A stretch of 64,000 nt of DNA from Eledone cirrhosa. Its lineage: Eukaryota. Positions within the stretch are counted from its first letter, which is position 1. Every line of letters starts with the position of its first letter. Location of the stretch: positions 93,868,001 to 93,932,000 of the forward strand of contig OZ024740.1 of assembly GCA_964016885.1 (NCBI GenBank). The letters run 5' to 3'. The notes beneath the pieces were generated by a model. The model saw only the letters and a program-made list of their open reading frames with translations, was not told the origin of the DNA and made no database searches. Positions 28,007-42,651 of the stretch are shown here, piece by piece. The position numbers and the translations under genes were made by a program.

Positions 28007-28586
28007 CAATACCCATATAATGGCTATGGAATATGTGAAGGAGTAGGGGACATTATCAAATGTACCTCCTCACTTGTGTTGTGGTGAAATAATTTAAAAA
28101 AACACGCTTATATGTCAATTTATTAAGAAATGATGTATAACATAACCACTGTATACAGCATTATATACTCATGAATCTCTTCTACAGAGATAGGTTAAGA
28201 AATATATAATATGTGTGAAGAAAGGAAATGTTTTTCACTATACACCTTTACATCTTTCATCATATAGTCTTGAGGTTTATCCTTATTTTGGTTTTGATTA
28301 AGTAGTAATAAATGTTCTCTTTGTATGTTGTTTCATTGTCCATAATTAATTTGTTTTTTAAAAAATTACAGAATTATACATGGAAATCACAAGTGATCAA
28401 TAATTAAACAGCTAGGAAAATTGCAAGCTTTTTCCCACATAAATATCAAATACCCATCATGTTTTGCCTAATTGAGATTCAAGAAATTGTAAACATGATG
28501 ACTAAAATTGCATCTTTAAATGTTGAAACTTCATTTACAATGAAGCTTTAGTTAAAGTATACAATTTCCTGTTTCAAATCAATTAG

Positions 28587-28639
<53 letters not shown>

Positions 28640-29079
28640 TTAGATATTCAATTATACGATTTGTGATAGAAACAAGACGCCGTAATAAATATAATACAAA
28701 TTAAGGTTAAAAGAAGCTGTAAGACATATCAGTCTAGATATGAGTATAATAGAGAAAATCTCTGCTGTTTCGGAGCTTATCAAAGTGGTAAAAATCAACC
28801 TCATACTGAAAACACATACAGTGGTCATTGAATTCCAGATTAAGATTTTACTTTTTTTTCTTTAACGAATATACAATTGAATAATTTGAATAAGTAATCT
28901 CTGAATGTAAACATAACTTCTGTGATTTATCTTTCCAAAGAATCATGACATCTTAAAATACCACACAGTTTAATTCGTTAGGAGGAATTGAACATTAGAT
29001 AAAGAAAAATATGTGTGAGCTTTATGTAATTCACACTCTCACGCACGTACAATCCCACAACCATCTACACGGTCAAACA

Positions 29080-30970
<1,891 letters not shown>

Positions 30971-31783
30971 ATACATGTGTGTATGTATGAGTGGTCCCGT
31001 AACTCCTACCAAAGACGTAGAGGCGCCGTATTGACATACACTGTTTATTTCTGCATTTTATGACTCTCCAGCCTGTGTACAGCAGATATCTTCCTGAGAA
31101 ATGTAGAAAGTGAGATAGAGGAAATGAGAAAGAGATTTCGAAGAAGAATAGATGCAAGAACTACAGGGTTACTTTTGTTAACGACCTTTGCCAGAGTGTG
31201 GAGGGGGAGTTCTATGTTGGTGGGGCGCAAGCGTGCTATTGTAGCTATTAACGTTGAGATGTTCAAAAGTTCCTTTTATCTGAGTCACTATATCTATTTG
31301 TACATTTTTTTTATTTCTAGTCTTACTGCTACCTTCCCACGCTTTCTTAGAATATTTGATGTCGACTGTTCGTAAGTTGACAGGTGTTAGAGGAGTCGGA
31401 GTGGTGGCGATAACGCAGTGGTGTAGACGAGATGGGGTATGCTACTGTAGTGATGGGATGTAGTGGTGATGGCGATGAGGGATTGGTGGTGTTTGCTATA
31501 GATTGGTGGTACTGTATTGATTGGGAGTTGTAGTGCCAATGGAGTAATATTGGCGGTGGAGATTGGGTAGTGGTAGTAATGGTGTTGTTGATGCTTTGTT
31601 TCGTCTAAATTTTGCAGCCATTATATACAGATTGACAATCTTCCATATTATTTGAACTAAACCTTTTGAGAAAACTGTAGTTAATATAGAATTGCCATTA
31701 TTTGGCTGTTCTATTGAGTGTACGTAAATGGTTTTTTTTCTTCCATTTGTTTACATTGTCTTTATTAAATATAACATTTCTAA

Positions 31784-32767
31784 TCTATATATATAAAACT
31801 GTGGTTGTCTGTCTGTCTATCGATTTTGAAACGCATCTCCTCTTAGAATCTCTGACGGAATTGCACTGAAATTGCTATACTTGTACATTGAGCCCCAGCG
31901 AAGACATCGGGAAAAAAATATTTCAAATTGACCCACCCTATGTGACGAAATCGAATATAATGTATCGATTTTTGAGCGTAAGTTATCAGTTATTTCCCTT
32001 TGTTCTGTTTACATTGAGCGTCTTACGTAAAAAATTACGCTGGCTTTCTCAGCGTTTAAAATGACATTAACACAATACACGAACAGTTGTCGAGCCAGCA
32101 AAATATAGACCTGCAAAATTCATCCGTTCTAACACTAAGTTTCCGTTTTGCTTCATTTCCATTTAAAAGCATGTTAACACAATATTTTTACTTGAAAACA
32201 AGTCTATTTAAAGACTACGTAAAACAAGCAAATATTTCGTCGTTAGGCGTGCAGACAGACAGTCGTGCAGACAGACAGTCGTGCAGAGAGGTGATATACG
32301 CGTGCAGACAGATAGTCGTGCAGAGAGGTGATATAGGCGTGCAGACAGACAGTCATGCAGAGAGGTGATATAGGCGTGCAGACAGACAGTCGTGCAGAGA
32401 GGTGATATAGGCGTGCAGACAGACAGTCGTGCAGAGAGGTGATATAGGCGTGCAGACAGACATAACTGATAATTTGGTTACGCTAATGTTTTTCTCTGCG
32501 TTGCAGTGTTTACATTTTCGATCTTTGTTAATAAATAACCAGTGCAGTTTCTATCCCCAGCATCCTCTTTTGTTATAACATTCGGGTTATCGTTATGTTT
32601 TCTTAACTTCATAAGGCATATTGTTGGTTGAGGGAATATTAATCAAAAACACTACATGCAAGTCTGCACAGTAGACACTACAGTATTTAAGCCAAAAAAG
32701 AAACTTAACATTGTAACTTTAACACAGCTACTGAGCGACCCCGAGCAACGCCGGGCTTTACTGCTAG
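31784..32767 (+). mobile_element. Non-autonomous Helitron, copy 1
   Basis: 5' end A|TCTATATATATAAA. 3' GC-rich hairpin-like CCCGAGCAACGCCGGG, then CTTTACTGCTAG. Confidence 0.85.
32246..32460. repeat. 37-bp minisatellite inside Helitron copy 1
   Basis: GGCGTGCAGACAGACAGTCGTGCAGAGAGGTGATATA starts at 32336, 32373, 32410 and 32447 (last partial), with variant units upstream. Confidence 0.9.
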
Positions 32768-33427
32768 TCTATATATATAAAGCTGTGGTTGTCTGTCTGT
32801 CTATCGATTTTTGGCACACATCTCCTCTTAGAATCTCTGACGGAATCGCACCGAAATTGCTATACTTGTACATTGAGCTCTAGCGGAGACATCGGAAAAA
32901 AAGAATTTCAAATTGACCCACCCTATGTGACGAAATCGAATCTAATGTATCGATTTTTGAGCGTAAGTGACGAGTTATTTCCCTTTGTTCTGTTTACATT
33001 GAGCGTCTTCCGTTCTGTTTACATTTTCTGCGTGCAAACATTAAAAAAATTACGCTGGCTTTCTCAGCGTTTAAAATGACATTAACACAATACACGAACA
33101 GTTGTCGAGCCAGCAAAATTTTGACCTGCAAAATTCATCAGTTCGAACACTAAGCTTCCGTTTTGCTTCATTTCCATTTAAAAGCCTTTTAAAACAATAT
33201 TTTTACTTGAAAACAAGTCTATTTAAAGACTACGTAAAACAAGCAAATATTTCGTAAAAAAAAGCAAAAATTATATAAGTTTATTTAAAATATATGTATC
33301 TGTAAATTTCGTTAGGCGTGCAGACAGACAGTCGTGCAGACAGACTTTAAGCCAAAAAAGAAACTTAACACTGTAACTTTAACACAGCTACTGAGCGACC
33401 CCGAGCAACGCCGGGCTTTACTGCTAG
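32768..33427 (+). mobile_element. Non-autonomous Helitron, copy 2 (internally deleted), head-to-tail with copy 1
   Basis: Junction CTAG|TCTATATATATAAA at 32767/32768. Ends CTAG|T at 33427. No TSD. Confidence 0.85.
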
Positions 33428-33639
33428 TACCAAATAAAATATTGGAGGTATTTCCAAGGGTATTATGTCATCTTACTTCCTGGGGGCTAAAAAAACTGAT
33501 GCCTTATGTTTCATTTGCAATACAAAATAGTATATCAACATTAATTTAAATATTCAAAAAATCAAAACATTACGGGAGCGAATATATAGCAAAGTAACCA
33601 CCACGTGCTTTTTCTGTGATTATCATTATTACTATCATT

Positions 33640-33865
33640 CTTGGCGTCTCCGTCATTGTTGTTGTTCCACTCGAAAGTTTGTTCAAATGAACATTGAGCC
33701 GCTACCTTCAGCCTAAGATATTCAGGATGTATCGCAGGGTTTCTACTGTTCGTAGACAGCATGCTTTGCAAGTGTTCTAAAGAGGCGGCTGGGTTAATGT
33801 TTTTTAACCATTATTGAAAACTCCTGGAGATAGTACCTAGTGCTCCTAGGAAAATCGGAACGACA
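33640..33865 (-). mobile_element. Short old Dong family-A 3' fragment between TTA-rich tracts
   Basis: Similar to 55951-56175 (cagcct.agatattcagga.gtatcg). Confidence 0.7.
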
Positions 33866-33901
33866 TTTTTATCATTATTATTGTTATTATTATAATAATT
33901 T

Positions 33902-36025
33902 CTTCAGTCTCAGTCACTGGAAAGTTTGCTAAAATGAATATCGATCCACTACCTGCAGCCTCAGACATTCAGGACGTATATGAGGGTCGTTGCTGTTCCC
34001 AGCAAGCATGACTTTTGAAGTGTTACAAAAAAAGGGGCTCTTTGAGATGGTACCTATAGCTGATATGACAATCGGGACGACCTTGATCTCATGGCAGTTA
34101 CAAATCCTTTTTAACCCCCTCTTTAATTCCTGGTATCGGTTGATTTTCTCCCTCTCCTTTTCTTGCACTCTCGTGTCAAATGGGCAGGCTACATCTACAA
34201 TCAGGCACGATCTTTTTTCCTTGTCCAAAACCACCAGGTCAGGACTATTTTCTTCTAATTTCTTATGCGTCTGTATCCTAAAATCCCATAACACCTTCAC
34301 TTGACCGTTTTCCGTCACCAACTCTGGCTTATACTCATACCACTTCTCAGAATGTGGTAAATTGTTTACTTTGCATAGATGCCAGTGAATCAATTTTCCT
34401 ATCATATCATGTCTCCAGACTTTATAATGGGTCTGAGCTAGGTGTTTCCACACGGATACAATGTGAGCCACAATCTTCTCTCTCTCCACAGATCCTACAC
34501 AATGAGCTAGCCTCCTCCTTGTCAATATGGTGTTTCACTCACTTCGTTCTGGGGGCTTGCTCTTGCACAGCCATTAGCATTCCTTCTGTCACCTTTTAAA
34601 GGTCTCTTCTTTTTAACCAGTTCCATGTCTGTGGATCTCTAAATTCAGTTTTCTTAAAGAAGGTGCTACGAGGGGATATTTCATGAAGGAAGGCTGCTCT
34701 TCCTCCTTGTAGTTACTTCTTTCTTGGACATCCCCAGGTCTATTGTCTTCTCCTTCAGTACAATTTTGAGCATTGGCTCCCTACTGTCAGACAAATATTT
34801 GTGCAGACTGCTATTATCCATCTGAACACAGTCCTCTATGCTGATGAGAGCTCTTCCACCTTCAGATCTCCTTAAGTAGAGTATATCAACAGCATTCCTA
34901 TTATGGAACATGTTGTAGATAGTCATTAGCTTCCTAGTCTTCCCATCCATTTCTTTTTGTTCAGCAACATTCTATTTCAGAATTCCCATAATAGACACAT
35001 ATCAGGAATTTACTGCACTTATGACATTCCTACTATTTAGATGTGAATTTAGTACGTTCTTTAATCTCCTTATGTATTCAGATCTTATCAACTCCTTCAT
35101 TTTTTATTTCTAGATGTTATCTGACTCCAGAACGCCTATATATGTGTATCCTTCTTCAGTGTCAATTTCCTTTATCATCTCACCTGTTGGTACCTGGATT
35201 CCGTAGCTTCTGTTCAATTTACCCCTCCTCATCACTGGACTCCACACGTATTAACACCAAATTCCATAATATATCATTGCTGAAAATACGGACAGTGTCA
35301 ACAAGTGCATCAAATTCCTTCTCTCTCTTCCCAAAGAGTTTAAATTCGCCCATGAAGCGGACCTGGCTGATGGTAAGCTCTGCTATTCCCAGCTTGTATC
35401 CTGCGCTCACCTTTCGCAATATAAGGGACAAGGGTATGAGGGTAAGGCCACACAACAAAGGAGACAAACTATATCCCTGGAAGATCTTCACGCCTCCCAA
35501 GGATTCTCCACCTGATATTATCTCTGTTTCCCAGGACTTCATACGTTTACTTAATAGCTGTCTGTTGTTGTCTGCCACATTGAAGATCTCAGTGATTTTG
35601 GTCATCCAAGAATGAGATACCATCTCGAATGCCTTTTTGTAATATATCCATCCCACGACAAGACCAGTATGCGACGTCTTGCAATTCCTCACTACCATCT
35701 TATCAATAAGTAACTGGTCTTTTGTACCACGGGACTTCTTTTGGCATTCGTTCTGTTCATCCGGTAACAAGTTGCTTATGTGGAGGTGAATAGCAGATTT
35801 CCTCAGACACAATGATTGTTAACAGTTTCCACATTACCGACAGTCATGTGATAGGCCTATAGTTGGTAACCTCATTACCCGTGATTCGGTCTTTCATTAC
35901 CAGAACTGTGATACTTTTTTGTCAACCGCTCTGGTACTTCACACGACATCAAGCAGTCATTGAACATGGCTGTCAGTTTTAGGTGGAGGAATGTTATATC
36001 GTTTATCCTATATCCGTGAACATAT
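33902..36025 (-). mobile_element. Decayed 5'-truncated Dong/R4 family-A copy
   Basis: ORF pieces 35219-35812, 34681-34950 and 33929-34525 are homologous to the 1130-aa ORF (GTKDQLLIDK, WRHD, PDLVVLD, VDVACPFD). Confidence 0.9.
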
Positions 36026-36029
36026 CCTC

Positions 36030-38312
36030 GCACAGTGGGGAACTAGAACGTTATCTATATGCACGCTGGCATTATATTGGGCTAGTAGACAGTGGAGAAG
36101 GCTTTAAAAAGCTTCAAAAACCTAATCAGTCGTTTCGGGTATTCTGTAGGGAATCAGATAAGGCTAGTGAAGGTTGTCCACAATTTAAAATATTCGATTA
36201 CACGGAAAACAAAATTGTGATCTGTCAAGTTGACTCAGATAGAATCCTTATACAAGGATATCGGAAGTTCAACGCGTCGTTCCCGGCGCGCAAAGCTTAC
36301 AGAGACCGGATTAGCGAATTAGTTAATCGTTCGTTGACGGGTACAATCGTCAACAACAGGTGGTTGTTTACGTCGGAAATTGCAATTAGATTAGAATAGA
36401 TGAGGTTCTGCAAAGGAATAGTGATAGAGGAAAACAGAGTAGAAGGAAAGCTAGTTAGAAAGTTGAGGAGGCATTTAGGACCGGCATCGCAACCGCCGTG
36501 CTTGCGGTGAGATTGAGACCTGACCAATTCTTCAACGCAAAGCATGAAGTCTTCGTTGTCAGAGCTAGAGCGCTTGCTCTGAGACGCGAAAGGGCGAAAG
36601 CCGTTCCATGTGCAGGATGATGGAGGCGCGACGACGCAACAAATCCGCAATTCGGTCCAAATTCGGGAAGATGTGTGCGACATTTCACCTGCTCTTTTGC
36701 TCAATAGTTCGGGACAAGCGGCGGGCCGGATTGGAGTATGGACTTTGGTTCATACCACGACGGACTGCCGCGGCTTTCGACGACCGAAGCGCAGTTAACC
36801 CAAAAGCCGATAACAGCATGTGAAATACTGGAAGCAAGGTCTGACTGCTCGAGGTTTGGATGGTCTGCCCTGCTAACTTCAAGTTTACATATCAGATATG
36901 TTCTGCGACCTCTTGGCAAAGGTCTACTACAACAGGCAGCATAAGGGAGCATTCCCACTGTTGTGGGCCAGAAGCAGTGGTGCTGCTGATAAAAGAACCA
37001 AAGAAGGGGGACGATATAGACAACCTCAATCCCATAAATCTGCTAAACACAGAGTTCAAGAATTTGGCAAAGGTGTTAGCAAAGACATTGGAGATTGTCT
37101 TCGGTGAACTGGTGCGAGAAGCGCAGACATACGCCATACTGGACAGATCCATTCGCGAAAATCTCCACGTTATGCGTTACACCATAGAGAGGGTGGTTAA
37201 GGAAAATGGAGCGGGGAGAGGGTGCTGATGAACTTGGATCAATCTAAAGCATTTGATGGGATCGATCATCGGTACCTGGCTGCGGTCCTCGAAGCGGCCG
37301 GCTTCTGGCCCATTTTCAAGGTATGGATCACTGCGAAGCATATCGATTGTGAGGGTGAAAGTTACTCTGTCGCAGCCGTTCAGAAGCATGCGCTCAGTCC
37401 ACCAGTGTTGTCCCCTCTCATTCCTCTTGTACGTATTGTCCCTCAAGCTGTTACTGCACACATTGGAAACGATGAGGGAGGTCGCACGCGAAGTAGGATG
37501 TGGGAGATCCGTGTCGGTATTCGGCGACAAGGTCACCGTGGCGGTGTCGATCACCAGACACGTTCAGATGCATAGCACCGCTCTCAATTAATACGAAGCG
37601 GTGACAGGAGCAAAGTTAAACCAGGAAAAGATGATGGGCTAGCAACGCGGCACCTGCAGAGGGAAGTTCATGCCCTGTAACAGCTTTGTGGGGCGCTGGA
37701 TTGAAGGTCTGGTTAAATTGCTCGGGAGCTGGTACGGTATGGACCTCGAGATGTAGAAAAACTGGAGCGAAGTGACGAGCAGGGTCACCTATCACCCTTA
37801 AATGGGCCGCGATGAAGCTGTCTATGAAAGGTCGGACGGAGGTGGCGAATGCGTACATCGTGTGCGTTATTTACTACCGCCTGACTGTCGTACCTTGCCC
37901 TGACCCAAATCTGAGCAAAGTGGTGCGTCTACTATTCCGCTTTTTGTGGAAGGTTTGGGCTCCCATGGTCAGACGATCCATCTGCTGTCAATACTCGTTT
38001 CATGGAGGAGTGGGCATGCCATGGCTGATGACGCTCAAACATGCGCTGAAACTGCGACATCTCTAGTCCTTCCTTGACGGTGAACAGGTCTTTTCCCCAG
38101 CTCGTCTCATTAACGGACTGCAGTCATGGATCATGAAAAGACCGAGGATTAGCGCTTCGGAGCTGGAATGTCTCCAAGCGCACACCGCCTTCTACCAGCT
38201 GGACACTAGTATTCGTAGAACTCTACCTCGGCGCTTTATAGAGGACTATTGGAGGGGAAGGGCGACGATTTTCTCGGAGATACCGTGTGCGTCGAAGACG
38301 ATCAACTGTTCG
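36030..38312 (+). mobile_element. Decayed Tx1/L1-clade ORF2 fragment (APE end, RT), lacking its 3' end
   Basis: NPINLLNTEFKNLAKVLA, NLDQSKAFD and KLSMKGRTEVAN. Colinear with 47170-49590. Confidence 0.85.
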
Positions 38313-38314
38313 TC

Positions 38315-40110
38315 AACTGTGGTGAGAGTGAACGGTCAACATTCGGAACCGTTCAACATCATGCGCTCGGTCCGCAAGAATGTCCCCTCTCGTCCCTCTT
38401 GTACGTATTGACTCTCGAGCCATTACTGCACAAACTGGAGAGGTTGAGGGGGTCCCGCGCGAACTAGGACGCGGAAGATCCGTGTCAGCATATGCGGACG
38501 ATGTCACCGTAGTGGTGTCGCACGCCAAACAGATAGAGGCGATCGGCACTACACTAAGATAATACGAAGCGGTGACAGGAGCAATGATAGACCAAGAAAA
38601 GTCAGTGGGCCTGCAGCTCGGCACCTGGAGAGGCAGGTCCATGCCGTTCAAGAGCGTCGTCAGGCGCTGGACGGCCGGATCAGTTAAATTGCTCGGAGTC
38701 TGGTTCGGTCCGGATCTCCAGACGGACAAAAACTAGGACGAAGTCACGAGCAGGGTGGCTTCTCTCACCCAGAAATCGGCCGAGAGGAAGCTATCCCTGA
38801 AAGGTCGAGCGGAGGTGACCAACGCGTATACCGCATCCGTCATCTACTACCGCCTGACCGTCGTACCTTGTCCTAAGCCCCGCCTGACTGCGTTGGAGCG
38901 TTTGCTCTTTCGCTTTTTGAGGAAGGGACGCGCTCCGATGATCAGCCGATCCATCTGCTGTCAACACCCGCTACGTGGAGGGCTGGGAATGACGTGGCTG
39001 ATGATGCGCAGACACGCGCTCAGGCTACGACATCCCACCTCTTCCTCGACGGTGGTCAGGTGTGGTCTCCGTTTGTTAGACACGTCTTTCCCCAGCTCGC
39101 CTCCTTGACAGAGCTGCAGTCCTGGGTCAAGCGAAGACCGATCGGGAGCGCTTGGAAAATGGAATGTCTTCAGGCGCTCACAGCCCTCGACCAATCGGGC
39201 AATGTGATCGGTTAAACTCTACCTTGGCTTTCTATAGAGGATTAGTGGACGGGGAAGGGCGACGAAGTACTTGGGGAAAATCTAGGCGTCAACGAAAATC
39301 AACTAGCCAATCTCTTCGGAAGGACTTTCGGGCCGGGGCCTATGGACAACTTCCAGAAATCCCTGGCCTGGCAGTGCTACAGAGGAGCTTTGCCAGTTCG
39401 GGATAAACTCTACAGGCATGGAGGTGCCGTAAGCCGGGCATGTCCGAGATGCTCGCAGGGCGACGAAACCGTCTTGCACACATTCGTCCAGTGTCCGAGC
39501 ATTGCTGACTTGTGGGTTTATGTCGAACACCTGCTGTCGCGTGTGGGACGGATCCAGCTATCAGCTGAGTCCATCGTGAGGATTGCCCCGCCCTCTCCCT
39601 TTAGCCGGGAAGGGCAGGCAGTTTTTATATGTCTGGTGGCCATGGCGAAAAAGATAGTATGGTGGACACGTTTGAAAGGGCTGAAGACGAGCACTTACCT
39701 CTTCGGTGATGCCCTGATTAACTTTTTCAAATTTCATTTGAAAAGGAAAATCAGGGTAGAAAGGGAAGTGCTCTCTTTCCAGCATTTTGTTGAAAGATGG
39801 GTGAGAGAGGCAAGGATGGCCCGAGTGAATGGCCCTACGCTGAGTATGTGTCTGTAAATTAAAGGTGGAAAACTGGGAGAGGGAACTTGCCCTGGTGGCC
39901 AGGGTCACTGTGGATTTTTAATGGGCTTTCTCCATCAATGTCCCTCGGAAGTCTCCCCCCTATTGGGGAGTTTTTTCATTGTTCTATTATTACATCCTCT
40001 GTTTCTTGTTTTTTTTACACGCAGAAATGCCCATTTGTACCGTCCTGTATTGTCATGTACTGTCCTTAATGTCTACTTTATTTAAACCCTTGTGGTTGAT
40101 AAAGAAATCA
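38315..40110 (+). mobile_element. 5'-truncated Tx1-like copy (younger subfamily a) ending at (TTA)n
   Basis: CPLSSLLYVL, SAYADDVT, and C-terminal zinc finger CPRC..ETVLH..C. 3' end GATAAAGAAATC is followed by (ATT)n to 40130. Confidence 0.9.
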
Positions 40111-40130
40111 TTATTATTATTATTATTATT

Positions 40131-42598
40131 ACAGTTGCATTTATCTTGCTTTATGTTCATACGAGTTATCACCAAGTCACAACGAGTGACCTCAAGAGAC
40201 AACAAGTTCCGCCATGTTCAAGAAAGAACACACATATTCACACATGTATCTTTATTGTTTAGACTTGTGATGAACTTATATTGACAGAATCTTCCTTAGT
40301 ATATGGGCAGTTCCCATTAGTACTATCTATTGTATATCTCCTATACGCGGGTTTCCTGGGATTTGCGATATGTAATCATTAGACCCCTTAGGTATCATTC
40401 CTAGAGCGCCTACAACCACTGGTATTGTTTTAGTTCTCAATTTCCACATTTTTCCAATTTCTATCTCCAGGTCCTTATACTTGCTCAATTTTTCAAATGT
40501 TTTTATAGATACAGTCTTGTCTATTGGAACAGACATATCAATTAGCAGGCATACCCTCATTTGAAAGTCTTTCAATATTATATCAGGTCTGTTTGCATCT
40601 ATTTTTCGGTATGTTTGGATGCTAAAGTTCCACAAGATTGAGATGTAATCTTTTTCAAGTATGGGAGGTGGTTGATGCTCCCACCAATTCTTTTGATGGG
40701 GCAGGTCAAAATGCTTACACATTATCCAATGTATGTATTGTGCAGCTCTGTCATGCCTGTTTAGGTATTCGGTTGGAGCTATAGGACTGCACATTGAAAT
40801 TATATGGTCAATGGTCTCTGGTTGTTTTTTGCATACACGGCATAATGGGCTGCACCCATTTTTTATTATGTTGGCTTGGTAATTATTTGTTGGCAGACAC
40901 TGATCTTGTGCCGATATAATCAGTCCTTCAGTCTCCGATTTCAGTCCAGAGGATGCCAACCACTGATGTGTTAAAGTTTTGTCAACATCAGGAATGTTAG
41001 CTCGCTCTGGGTATTTTCCATACAGAGGCATTTCTTGCCATTTTTTAGCCAGTTTCTGTAGCAGTTCATTCTTTGCAGCTACTTTTACCTGCTTTGCTTT
41101 TTCTGTGTTTTCCATTTCAGCAGTAAATGGGACTTCTGAAATGTGTAGTCCATTACTGTAACTTTGTGCATCTTTTGTAATGGAATATGATCTTTTGATG
41201 ATTTCGTGTTTCAAAACGAGTTTGATCATCCAATCATGTGATTCCCTTAGATATGTAGATAATCCAATTGTTGCAGTTTTCAACGCAATGTCTAACTGGA
41301 TTAACTCACGTCCTCGTTCTTTCCTAGGGAGATATGTTCTATCTATATCTGTCTTAGGGTGATGCATTCTGTGCATGGTTAAGAATTTTCGAATTTTTGT
41401 ATCGAGCTTACGGTTCTCTGTGCTTGACCAGTTGATGACATTGTAACTGTAGGTTACTACTGGTATGGCAAGCGTGTTTATGGCATCGATCCTATTCCTT
41501 GCATTCAATTCCGTTCTTAAGATTGCTCTTACTCTGCGGTAAGATTCCTTCCTTATCCTTTCCCTCATTGTCGAGGGCTTGATTCCGTCTCCTTCACAAA
41601 CACCTAGATATTTGTAAGTTTTTTCTTGTCAAGTTCTCTTAGCACGTTTCCCCGATCAAGATTAATGTCTGAACTCTTCAGCAGCTTTCCTCTGGTGCAT
41701 TTATCTAGTCCAAACTCCATTTTAATGTCATCACTGAACTGCTTCACAGTGGATAATAGCACTTGCAATTGTTCATCATTTTTTGCAAATAGTTTCAGGT
41801 CATCCATGTAGAACAGGTGATTAATGGTTTTGTTATAGACTTTATATCCATGTTTTGTTTCATTGAGCATTTTACTTAATGGTATAAGTGCGATGCAGAA
41901 TAAAAGCTGTGATAAAGGGTCACCCTGAAAAATTCCACAATTAATATTAACTTCTCCAGCTTCCAGTGATTTTGTTTCACTATTCAAAAGGAGTGTCGTT
42001 TTCCATGTCTTCATACTGAATGACAAAAACTTCCTGACAACGGGGGATACTTTGAAAATCTCTAAACATTTTTCAATCCAACTGTGTGGCAAACTATCGA
42101 ATGCTTTTTTATAATCTATCCAAGCAATCGATAGATTTATGTGCTGGTTTTTCTTAGAGCCAAGCGCATCTGTTCAACTGTTATATTTTCCAATGTTTGT
42201 TCCTCAAGGTGAGCTGTATATTTCATTTGTCTGTCTATCCATGGGGCATGTATGTTATGAACTTTTTCTTCGGCCCACATCTTTTCCCAGAATTCTTGCA
42301 CTTCCTCCTTGGGTGGTATTGATTTAGCAGTTATTGTTGACTTACCAATTTTTCTGTACAAGTTTCTTTGGTTGTTTTTGAACATATTATTGTCCTTATA
42401 GAATCTAGATCGTTTTTCAAAGCGCCTTATACGAGCAGCTTTGGCCGACACTTTTTGCTTGATTATTTCTATCAGCATGTCTATGTCACATGTTGATTTT
42501 ATACTGTACTTTTTTTTCAATTTTCTAAGTTTAGTTTGTTTAACATGTTCACCTACTTTATAGTTTGTTAAAATTTCTATGTCAGATCGGAGAAGGTT
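40131..42598 (-). mobile_element. Dong/R4 family-B copy, disrupted
   Basis: ORFs 42137-42520, 41604-42092 (GIFQGD, LFYMDDLKLF) and 40327-41568 (CRVC..ETIDHIISMC, RHD, NRPDII, IDMSVP, KLSKY). Confidence 0.92.
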
Positions 42599-42651
42599 TT
42601 TATTATTATTATTATTAGAAGGTTATTATTATTATTATTATTGTTATTGTT

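Noticed and set aside
32246-32460. 37-bp repeats as a CRISPR-like array
   Set aside because: Units are contiguous without unique spacers, sit inside a Helitron, and the context is eukaryotic.
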